DNA from: a virus
Taxonomy: Duplodnaviria; Caudoviricetes
Length of the DNA stretch: 64,000 nt
IMG/VR virus record: IMGVR_UViG_3300035180_001680
Reading direction: 5' to 3' (one strand)
Shown here piece after piece: positions 10,183-17,914 of the stretch (within the stretch, counting starts at the first letter, position 1; every line of letters starts with the position of its first letter). Position numbers and translations under genes: made by a program. The notes below the pieces were generated by a model. The model was given only the letters and a program-made list of their open reading frames with translations. It was not told the origin of the DNA and ran no database searches.

Positions 10183-10755
10183 ATGTTGAAAATGATTAAT
10201 AATGAAATGAATGTGGGTTTTGATGAATTAGTTAATGTGTTTGTTAGTAAGTTTGAAGAAAAGTTGTATGTAAAGAAAGAGAGTTTGAGTAAGAGTATTA
10301 AAGAAGTAAAGAGTAATGTTGAAAAGTTGAAAAAAGAAGTATTGGGTAAAGTTAATTTGAGTAAGTATGAAATTGTTATTGATGTATTAGGTTTGAAATG
10401 TAAAGTTAATAAAGATAGTATAAGTGTTTATTTTAGTGAAGATAGAAAGAAAAGTAGTTATATTGATTTTGTTGTTTATATGTATGATGTAAATGATAAG
10501 AGTTTGGGGTATTGTGTTAATAGTAAGAGAATTAATGTTGATATAGATGTTGATGATGTTGTTGAATATGAGAGTTATATTAGTGAATTAAATAAGTTGA
10601 ATGAAGAATTAATTGAAGTGGTAAATGAAATAAAGAGTATTAGTAGAAAGGAAAGGAGTATTAGGAGTAAGATTAGTGAAATGAAATTGAAAGAGTGTGG
10701 TTTAGAAGAATTGTTGGGAAATGATGAAATAATGAAATTGATTGAATTGAAATAA
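10183..10755 (+). CDS. C-free gene 1, coiled-coil protein (190 aa; no Ala/Pro/Thr/Gln/His)
   Basis: AGGAG RBS at 10171-10175, ATG at 10183, long open frame. Confidence 0.85.
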   Translation: MLKMINNEMNVGFDELVNVFVSKFEEKLYVKKESLSKSIKEVKSNVEKLKKEVLGKVNLSKYEIVIDVLGLKCKVNKDSISVYFSEDRKKSSYIDFVVYMYDVNDKSLGYCVNSKRINVDIDVDDVVEYESYISELNKLNEELIEVVNEIKSISRKERSIRSKISEMKLKECGLEELLGNDEIMKLIELK

Positions 10756-10806
10756 AATAGAATTGTGGTGGTTAGGGAGTTTTTTAATTATATAGAGGAT
10801 TAAAAA

Positions 10807-11388
10807 ATGAGTAATGAAATGGTTTATGTTATTAATGTGAATAATGAATTTGTTTTGGAATGTAAAAAAGTATTGATTGAAGATGTTGTTGATGTGTTTT
10901 ATAGTAGAGAAGAAATGAAAGAAATGGGATGGAGATATAGAGATGTGAGTTTAAAAAAAGGTAGAATTAAAGAGTATTTAAATGGTTTAGTAAAAGAAAT
11001 GAAAGATAGTGGAAAAAAGAGTATTAAATTGAGTAGTTTGTTTGTTGGTGTTTGTAAGAGTTATGGTTTAAAGATTAGTGAATATGTTGAAGGTGTGAGG
11101 AGATTAAATAATAAGTTGTTTTTGTATGAAAAGAAAAAGAATAGTTATAGTAAAAGAGATGTAATTAATTTTGTGGATATGGGAGTAATGTTAATAAGAA
11201 AGAAGTATGGGATTGAATTAGATATAAAGAATGTGAGTTATAGTTATGATGGTTGTGTGAAAGTTGTAAAAGATTTGATTAGTTTATATGAATTGTGTAG
11301 TTATAAAGGAAGTAGGTTTATAGTGGAAAAAGAATGGATTGAAATGATTTATAATAAAGAAGGGGAATTGTTTAAGAAGAAAGAATGA
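10807..11388 (+). CDS. C-free gene 2 (193 aa; no Ala/Pro/Thr/Gln/His)
   Basis: GAGGA RBS, ATG, long open frame. Confidence 0.85.
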   Translation: MSNEMVYVINVNNEFVLECKKVLIEDVVDVFYSREEMKEMGWRYRDVSLKKGRIKEYLNGLVKEMKDSGKKSIKLSSLFVGVCKSYGLKISEYVEGVRRLNNKLFLYEKKKNSYSKRDVINFVDMGVMLIRKKYGIELDIKNVSYSYDGCVKVVKDLISLYELCSYKGSRFIVEKEWIEMIYNKEGELFKKKE

Positions 11389-11400
11389 AATAAAAAGTTG

Positions 11401-11429
11401 TTGTGTTTTTTGTGTGGGTGTGGTAGAAT
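11401..11429 (+). promoter_or_regulatory. C-free promoter, second copy
   Basis: TTGTGT-17-TAGAAT with TG extension, preceded by AAAAAGTTG as in normal promoters of this region. Confidence 0.7.
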
Positions 11430-11448
11430 AGTGGTGTTGATAATATGA

Positions 11449-11691
11449 ATGGAAAAAGAAATGAAAGTTGAAATTATTAGTGTTATGTTTGAAGATAATA
11501 TTAGTAATTTTTGTGGTGGAGGTTTTTGTAAAGTTGAATGTAGTGGAGAGAATATTGAAGATTGTGTAGTGAATGATTATTATAAAGGAGATTGTGAATT
11601 TGATTTAGATATAGATTTAAGATATAAGGTAGAAGAAGATGTTTATTATTTGAGAAATAGAGAGAGATTGTTAATTATTAAAATAATTTAA
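11449..11691 (+). CDS. C-free gene 3 (80 aa, acidic, Cys-rich)
   Basis: Follows promoter 11401-11429; open frame. Confidence 0.7.
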   Translation: MEKEMKVEIISVMFEDNISNFCGGGFCKVECSGENIEDCVVNDYYKGDCEFDLDIDLRYKVEEDVYYLRNRERLLIIKII

Positions 11692-11708
11692 AAAGTTGTT
11701 GACTTTTT

Positions 11709-11740
11709 AAAAATGACCTGACCTAAGTCAAGTCATTTTT
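11709..11740. terminator. bidirectional intrinsic terminator closing the C-free cassette
   Basis: AAAAATGAC-C-TGAC ctaa GTCA-A-GTCATTTTT hairpin with A/T tails. Confidence 0.65.
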
Positions 11741-11754
11741 TATTTTTATAAAAG

Positions 11755-11862
11755 TTGACTTTTATTCATTTCGTTAAAACTGACCTGTTCTCTAAACTCC
11801 ATACCTCTCCCCTGAATTCCTGATTTCGAGTACATTATCTCTCTTTTTGACCCTAAAGTCAA
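11755..11862 (-). repeat. Element copy D (points toward the C-free cassette)
   Basis: Minus strand reads TTGACT-17-GATAAT; 75-bp inverted repeat with copy C. Confidence 0.9.
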
Positions 11863-12089
11863 CAGTTGACCAAATCCCCTAATTCAGATACAATGTCCTC
11901 ATTGAAATCAAAAATTATGTTTCATTTGGAGTAAATGGTATCATCTGTGTCGGTTCCGGCACCTGCCCTGAAATTGAGGGCACCGAAGAAGTTTTGGAAT
12001 ACATTGAAAGAATTTGTAACTAATTGTTGTCCTCAACCACAGTTTGTGTGACAATGGTCTCACTGAAACGTTAATTGAAAGGAAACAAA

Positions 12090-12518
12090 ATGACCAACAC
12101 CAAGACCTCCAAGAAATCGATTTTCATTTCCGCTTTCAACGCCCTGCCCGTTGACATGAAGCGCAAAGAAGCTCTTGCAATTCTCAGTGAACAATGTGGC
12201 CTTTCGATGGCAGGTGCAAGTACTTATTACGCCAACTGCAAGAGTGGTCTGTGGTCAACTGGAACTGTTCAAAAAGAATCGTATCTTGAAATGATCGCTT
12301 TGGTCACTGGTGAATATATTGCAAAGCATCGTGCAAAAGAACAGGCCAACAGGGCCGTTCAAAGTGTCACACAAAAATCTGAAAAGATCAACCTTGAAGT
12401 GATGACCGGTTCCGAACTGGTTGCTTTGTACAACAGTAAGGTCAGCGATGCCCAACAGATCGTCAAGTTCCGCAACAAGGCTGAAGGAATTAAACGAGTT
12501 GCCGCCCTTATCGGCTGA
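12090..12518 (+). CDS. two-domain hypothetical protein with N-terminal LSMAGASTYYANCK domain
   Basis: AAAGGA RBS; follows promoter 12027-12055. Confidence 0.75.
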   Translation: MTNTKTSKKSIFISAFNALPVDMKRKEALAILSEQCGLSMAGASTYYANCKSGLWSTGTVQKESYLEMIALVTGEYIAKHRAKEQANRAVQSVTQKSEKINLEVMTGSELVALYNSKVSDAQQIVKFRNKAEGIKRVAALIG

Positions 12519-12593
12519 AACTTTGAAATAAGTGTTGACATCTTATCTATAATAGGGTAAGATGTCTTCACTGTAACGAGAAAGAGATGAGCA

Positions 12594-12902
12594 ATGTCCA
12601 ATATAACTTTTCATAAAGAAGTTCGTACCATTTGTAGTAACTATGGTTGGGATGTTTACAGTACATACAACGACAAGGGTGTGACCCATCGAAGGGTATC
12701 GTATTCGAGGGTACCATATTTGAAGGTACCGTATTCGAAGTTCAATTGTAATGTTCCTGAAAAGATCAAGGCACATATCAAACAAGAAGTTGAACAACTG
12801 TTGTCCAATCATGGAGTGACTGGTCAAGTGTATTGGTTTGAGGCTCATTCGTATTATGGTAATGGACCCTACGACAAACTTTGTATCAAGATTCCTTTGT
12901 AG
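12594..12902 (+). CDS. hypothetical protein
   Basis: Follows promoter 12535-12563; hairpin at 12918-12945 downstream. Confidence 0.7.
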   Translation: MSNITFHKEVRTICSNYGWDVYSTYNDKGVTHRRVSYSRVPYLKVPYSKFNCNVPEKIKAHIKQEVEQLLSNHGVTGQVYWFEAHSYYGNGPYDKLCIKIPL

Positions 12903-13037
12903 ATAGTTACAATGGCGAAGGTGCTCTATGGTGATAGGGCACCTTTGAAATAAAATTAAACAGTTGACTTTGCTATGCGTATGATGTATAATATATGTGT
13001 ATTAGGGGAGGGATGATTTTTTCCAATTTAAGTTGGT

Positions 13038-13188
13038 CCAATCTATCATTAACTATCTTCCAATCTATCATTAATCATTCTCCAATCCAATCCAATCCAA
13101 TCCAATCTATCATTAACTATCTTCCAATCTATCATTAACTATCTTCCAATCTATCATTAATCATTCTCCAATCTATCATTAACTATCA
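13038..13188. repeat. Tandem 22-bp repeat array (six units plus a CCAAT x4 insert); candidate origin iterons
   Basis: Units CCAATCTATCATTAACTATCTT / CCAATCTATCATTAATCATTCT start at 13038, 13060, 13102, 13124, 13146, 13168; no G on the + strand from 13037 to 13210. Confidence 0.9.
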
Positions 13189-13340
13189 CCCCACAATTAT
13201 TTTCCAACCCGCGTCACGATTTTTTTGTCACCCTAAAATAAACACCGCACTGTTTTTCCCATATGTGCAAAAATTTTTTGGCAAATTTTTTTCCCAAAAT
13301 CCAAAATTGTTTATAATCAACAGTTGACATATTCCCCTCT

Positions 13341-13595
13341 ATGAGATATAATATGCTTCATCTCATGCGTTATAGGGAAAATGTAAATGTACACAATACG
13401 TGTATCACCTTTTTTCACATATTAGGTGCTCTCATGATGGGAACGATTTGGGGAGGTATAGTATCTCTATTTGTTCTGTTTGTTAGTGGAAACGAACAAC
13501 TCTTCTTTAAGAGGACTCTATACTTGATGGGAATTGGTGCAGTGGTATCACTCTTGGTATATTTAACCGCAAATGGTGTATTGGTTTGGACATAA
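13341..13595 (+). CDS. small membrane protein
   Basis: Two hydrophobic segments; true start probably internal. Confidence 0.55.
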   Translation: MRYNMLHLMRYRENVNVHNTCITFFHILGALMMGTIWGGIVSLFVLFVSGNEQLFFKRTLYLMGIGAVVSLLVYLTANGVLVWT

Positions 13596-13788
13596 GGAGA
13601 TATTAATATGTGGCTACCAAATTGGATTTATAATAAACTCCCAATGATTTATTTCATATTGGGATGTTGTTGTACATTGTTTACTCCAAATGTATTTGGA
13701 TACTTTTCAGGAGGTATATTCTTTTTGATTTGTTCATTGATTGTATACCTCCGTTTTAATAACAGATACGAAGAATAGGAGAAGTAGA

Positions 13789-14133
13789 ATGAAAACAGCT
13801 AAAGAGTTAAGAGAACTTGCCGATAATAGTGAAAGTAGGATAAAAAAAATTCTTGATGAACTTGAAGCAAAGATGGTTGAACGAGCTGAAAAGGGATTTG
13901 TGAATTTGGAATGTAACTTTTCGATTTTTGGAATTCCATTTTTTGAATCCGAATCAGTGCGTTATGTTCCTGAACCTAATCCAACCGCAGCATTGGTGAT
14001 GGATAGATTAAGAAAGTTGGGGTATGAAGTATCGTGGAGAAATATTCATGCTGATTATGTTCCTCGTGGACTTATGAATGATTTTGAAGAGGGTCCAAAA
14101 TTTCAAACGTGGATATGGGTAATTTCTTGGTAA
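13789..14133 (+). CDS. hypothetical protein
   Basis: AGGAG RBS, start MKTAKEL. Confidence 0.7.
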   Translation: MKTAKELRELADNSESRIKKILDELEAKMVERAEKGFVNLECNFSIFGIPFFESESVRYVPEPNPTAALVMDRLRKLGYEVSWRNIHADYVPRGLMNDFEEGPKFQTWIWVISW

Positions 14134-14428
14134 ACAATCAACAAATTGAATAACTTATGGAACTGGTGGTTGGAAGTCCGTTAAATAACGTCCAATCGAC
14201 GATGAACTATTGAATTCTATATTGCCCGGTTTGTCTACAACAGGTTCAAAACTAATAATCTACATTGGGAATACACAAAAAGATTTTATCACATGATAAA
14301 AAATCGGAATGAAACTTTCTTGATTTTTTAGAGTCTAACTTTATGCCACCCCGGCATATAGTAAAACCAATAAACATATCTTAACCTTTTAACATGTTAT
14401 TATAAATATTATTAATAGTTATGTTTAA

Positions 14429-14749
14429 TTGGGTAAAGAAATGTATATAATCGAACTTGTAAAAGATGGGGACGTAATTGGCCTTGGTATGATAGAGAAG
14501 GGGAACATTTATTCATGGACAGCCCCAACACAAAGTGGTTATCAATATTGTTCTAAATTCCACGATAAAGGACGTGCATTAAAGGCTGCTGCAAAGATTG
14601 AGGCGAAGTATCATGCTTCCAAAAAAACATCTTTCAAAGAATACGTAGCGGATCGTGTCAAAGCAGAAGTTGTTCCTGAATTCGGTGGACCAACGAGAGG
14701 TGAAAAGGGTTCCGTTGGTGAGAAGAAAAAAGATAAAATTCGGAGATAG
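14429..14749 (+). CDS. hypothetical protein (late promoter TATAAATA at 14401)
   Basis: Open frame after a late promoter motif. Confidence 0.6.
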   Translation: MGKEMYIIELVKDGDVIGLGMIEKGNIYSWTAPTQSGYQYCSKFHDKGRALKAAAKIEAKYHASKKTSFKEYVADRVKAEVVPEFGGPTRGEKGSVGEKKKDKIRR

Positions 14750-14805
14750 TAGTTGAACGTTTAATGTTTTTATGGTAATATGATTTTACCTTATAAGGAG
14801 TTTAC

Positions 14806-15660
14806 ATGTTTCGAATTTATCGTTCTCGTCGTTACTATTGGTCTTGTTCAAAGTTCGCTGACTGGTTCCGGAGAACTTTTTCTAATATTCCCAAATTACA
14901 TTCTGGAACTTCTACTCAATGGAAAGAATGGAAAAAAGCTGCTAAAGATGACAACCAATTCGTGTATTGGTTTACGGAAGAATTCCTCAATAAAGCACAA
15001 AACTTTTTTATGTTCCCGTATGATGTATGGGATGGTTTTCGTGTTTACGTTCGCAATCGCTATATTAGTAAAACTCACCTTGTTTCAACACATCTTAAAA
15101 AAGGTGAATGGCACGAGACCGAAGAGGTGTTACTTCACAGCATGTTTGAACTTCTTGTCGATTTCGTTGAAATTGAACAGGCAAGCATGGCTTTGTGGAA
15201 TGAAGAAAACCGAAAAGAATACAAGAGCAAGACTCCTTGGTGGAATAGGTCTTTAACATATAGGTTTGGTCAATGGCGCTCCAGGGAATTAGGAATTAAA
15301 TCACTTGAATGGGCAATGACTCTAAAACATGGTGATGGAGATTACTTACCAGAAACAGACTCAAGGTTCGGTACGCCAACGAATCATGCAAAAGCCGCAT
15401 GTGAAATTATGGATTTATATATTTGGTGGAAAGATGTTCGTCCCGTTCGTCCGACACCAGATGAGCTTTCTGGTAGAACGGAAGCGTTTAAAAATCGTTT
15501 TGACAACACAGAAGATTTATGGGATATCTTGGATAGAGTGCAAACTAAAGAAGAAAAGGATATGTATGAAGTTTCTAGTCGCATCGAAATTGCCCAACAC
15601 GAAGAAGATACAGATATGATGGTTCGTTTAATTAAAGTTCGTTCGGACATGTGGACATAA
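14806..15660 (+). CDS. hypothetical Trp-rich protein
   Basis: TAAGGAG RBS, 284 aa. Confidence 0.8.
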   Translation: MFRIYRSRRYYWSCSKFADWFRRTFSNIPKLHSGTSTQWKEWKKAAKDDNQFVYWFTEEFLNKAQNFFMFPYDVWDGFRVYVRNRYISKTHLVSTHLKKGEWHETEEVLLHSMFELLVDFVEIEQASMALWNEENRKEYKSKTPWWNRSLTYRFGQWRSRELGIKSLEWAMTLKHGDGDYLPETDSRFGTPTNHAKAACEIMDLYIWWKDVRPVRPTPDELSGRTEAFKNRFDNTEDLWDILDRVQTKEEKDMYEVSSRIEIAQHEEDTDMMVRLIKVRSDMWT

Positions 15661-15821
15661 TGGAAGTTGCTTCTCCTTGCACGAATACATGTAAACTAGA
15701 TAAAGAAGGTATTTGTGTTGGATGCTTTCGTACAATAGATGAAATCAAAAATTGGAGAACTTTTTCTGAACAACAAAAGATTGACGTTTGGACTAGATTG
15801 TTGTTAGAACACAAACGTTGA
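15660..15821 (+). CDS. DUF1289 family Cys-rich protein (53 aa)
   Basis: My translation: MEVASPCTNTCKLDKEGICVGCFRTIDEIKNW...; TAATG overlap with the upstream gene. Confidence 0.8.
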   Translation: MEVASPCTNTCKLDKEGICVGCFRTIDEIKNWRTFSEQQKIDVWTRLLLEHKR

Positions 15822-15872
15822 CCCTTTTGTTGATTAGGGTATAGTAATTAATCTCAACCACTATGAAAGAAA

Positions 15873-16103
15873 ATGATAAACTCACAAACACCAACCGTTT
15901 TTCTTGATTTGGAATAAACTGTAATTGTCAGTTGGGATAACCCTCGTCTAATCAATATCCAGGCAGTTAAATTTTTTATCTTGATTGATGACGTTGTTGA
16001 TGATATTACACTAAACCATTTTTCAAAAAACGTTATGATTCGGACAATAAATATTAAAACAATAATATCCGAGACAGCAAATGACAGATTACGTGGTAAG
16101 TGA
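15873..16103 (+). pseudogene. HAD-like gene remnant
   Basis: TVFLDLE*TVIVSWDNP resembles HAD motif I interrupted by TAA; truncated. Confidence 0.35.
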
Positions 16104-16374
16104 AGATTTTTTAGAAACACTTTATGATTTGATTGACACAGCAGTGTTAACATCAGAAGTAAATTTTGAAGACCCAACAGTTGATTATGAAATAGCAAAA
16201 CGGTTGGTTATTGAACAAACAATTCCATTAATAGTCGATATTTTTGATAGTAAGGTATTAAACCAGAATGAACAGTTGATGTCTTATATCGTAGCACTTT
16301 CCCAAGTGGTTCTTGAAAACTTTTATCTTAACGTTGAAAACATTCACCTTAAAAATAAGTTGACAACGAAGTAA
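16081..16374 (+). CDS. hypothetical protein
   Basis: Open frame of 97 aa. Confidence 0.6.
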   Translation: MTDYVVSEDFLETLYDLIDTAVLTSEVNFEDPTVDYEIAKRLVIEQTIPLIVDIFDSKVLNQNEQLMSYIVALSQVVLENFYLNVENIHLKNKLTTK

Positions 16375-16471
16375 ATTTAATATATAAATAAAGTTGTCTT
16401 TGCAATGAAGACAAACCAACAGACTTTAACAAAAGGCATTTAGTCTGTATGCCGTATAAAAGGAGAAACAA

Positions 16472-17209
16472 ATGATGTATTCAGAAAAATTCGTAGCAAC
16501 AATTAAAGCTGGTGGTAAAGTTCTTCGTGAACATGGAAATATAGTTTACGTTCCTTTTGGTTCAGAGTTTTCAATATTCCTTAAAAATTTGAACACAGTT
16601 CGTGCTAGTGTTTCAATTTCAATTGATGGCGAAGACGTATTGAATGGCAGTTCAATTATCGTTGATGCAAATAAAGATATTGAGTTGGAACGATATTTGA
16701 AAGATTTAGATAAAGGTAATCGTTTCAAGTTTATTGAACGAACTTCTTCTATTGAACAATATCGTGGTGTTGGAACAGAGGATGGGTTAGTTCGAATTGA
16801 GTATCAGTTTGAAAAACCACAAATACATTGGTATGGTTGTATCGATGCTCGACCAATGTATGTAACAAGTGCAATTTGCCGTGGCACTGTCGTTGGTTCT
16901 GTGCATGATTCAGAGTCATACAGTGCACAGTCAGTAAATGACGCAATGTCGTATGTTCCTCAAAATGATGTTGGTATTACTGTTCCCGGGTCGTTGTCAA
17001 CACAACAATTTACAACAGTTGCCCCATTAAACCTTGAAACGGAAAAACATGTAATCGTTCTCCAAATTAAGGGAGAAACAGAACAAAACAAACCTGTTGT
17101 TGTTCCCGTGACTGTCAAGGTGAAACCAAAATGTCAAACTTGTGGGAAAGTTAATAAAAGCGGTTCAAAATTCTGTAGTAATTGTGGAACTTCATTAGAC
17201 GTGATATAA
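16472..17209 (+). CDS. hypothetical protein with C-terminal zinc ribbon
   Basis: CQTCG...FCSNCG; AAGGAG RBS; TATAAATA at 16383. Confidence 0.8.
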   Translation: MMYSEKFVATIKAGGKVLREHGNIVYVPFGSEFSIFLKNLNTVRASVSISIDGEDVLNGSSIIVDANKDIELERYLKDLDKGNRFKFIERTSSIEQYRGVGTEDGLVRIEYQFEKPQIHWYGCIDARPMYVTSAICRGTVVGSVHDSESYSAQSVNDAMSYVPQNDVGITVPGSLSTQQFTTVAPLNLETEKHVIVLQIKGETEQNKPVVVPVTVKVKPKCQTCGKVNKSGSKFCSNCGTSLDVI

Positions 17210-17233
17210 AAAAGGGGACTTTAGTCCCCTTTT
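17208..17233. terminator. bidirectional terminator
   Basis: AAAAGGGGACT tt AGTCCCCTTTT between convergent genes. Confidence 0.8.
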
Positions 17234-17398
17234 CCTCGTGTGTATGTCTTACTTTCTTTCGTTTTTGTATTAACAACTTTATATTTTTTACCATCGGGAC
17301 AATTTTCTCTTCCTTCTCGTTTCGCGGTACTCTCGGAATAAAATGAACCTAATCTTTCAAATTTTCCATCTCCCTTGTAGTTAATTAAAGTATCAAAG

Positions 17399-17617
17399 TC
17401 AGAATCTGTTTTTTTCGTATTTTGCTTTTCCGTATGTTGCTTCTGTTAGTCTATTAACATACTTACCTGGAGACATAGCATGTAACCTTTCAAGTTGTTT
17501 GGCGTGTTCTACAGGTGTTCTATTGCGTTCTTTCGCTGCTTTTTTAATATAATCATTGAACTCTTCTTTATTCATCATAGAAATTCTTTGTTTGTGCTTG
17601 ATTACATTAGGTGGCAT
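17399..17617 (-). CDS. hypothetical protein
   Basis: Minus-strand ORF with GAGG RBS. Confidence 0.5.
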   Translation of the reverse strand: MPPNVIKHKQRISMMNKEEFNDYIKKAAKERNRTPVEHAKQLERLHAMSPGKYVNRLTEATYGKAKYEKNRF

Positions 17618-17656
17618 TCCACCCTCATAAAGTTCTCTTAATTTTATTCAGTCACC

Positions 17657-17914
17657 CTATAACCAATTACCTTCTTCGTCAGAAGGGATATCATCTATTG
17701 TATATTTGTCAAGTTCTTGACCATTTACATAAACTACACGAAAAGTGGTCAAATCAATTACGTTATTGTCAATAGTAACAATAGTATTATCAGATATAAT
17801 TTGTCCTACCATATACATTGGTGATTCCAACAACGCAAAGAAAGGATCAAGGGGTTGAACTTTAATAATATCACCAGTTCTTATCGTAGCTCCATTATTG
17901 AGTAACAAGACCAT
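17657..17914 (-). CDS. hypothetical protein
   Basis: Minus-strand ORF with GGAG RBS. Confidence 0.6.
   Translation of the reverse strand: MVLLLNNGATIRTGDIIKVQPLDPFFALLESPMYMVGQIISDNTIVTIDNNVIDLTTFRVVYVNGQELDKYTIDDIPSDEEGNWL

Larger units (their letters stand above)
10001..11702 (+). other. Cytosine-free + strand (guanine-free - strand) region, 1,702 nt
   Basis: Read line by line: last C at 10000, next C at 11703. Confidence 0.98.
189..13352 (+). promoter_or_regulatory. Set of about 18 sigma70-type early promoters (TTGACW/TTGCC-17 bp-KAYAAT)
   Basis: Counted 17-bp spacers at 189-217, 2105-2133, 3268-3296, 4062-4090, 4596-4624, 4665-4693, 5045-5073, 5944-5972, 6873-6901, 7467-7495, 7739-7767, 8353-8381, 9499-9527, 11866-11894, 12027-12055, 12535-12563, 12964-12992, 13324-13352; most lie just upstream of an ORF. 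Confidence 0.85.

Noticed and set aside
10183-11691. Avoidance of particular tRNAs or amino acids as the explanation
   Set aside because: C is also absent from synonymous third positions, UTRs and promoters, so the constraint is on the nucleotide.
10001-11702. C-free region as a bisulfite-like artefact or unselected deaminase hypermutation
   Set aside because: Blanket C-to-T conversion would create many stops from CAA/CAG/CGA and inflate Phe; the ORFs stay open with abundant AGT-Ser. Raw reads should still be checked.
13038-13188. CRISPR array
   Set aside because: Repeats are directly adjacent with no unique spacers, and there are no cas genes in the window.
17230-17440. Extra minus-strand gene after 17399-17617
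   Set aside because: An open frame exists but has no start codon; a frameshifted extension cannot be supported without homologues.
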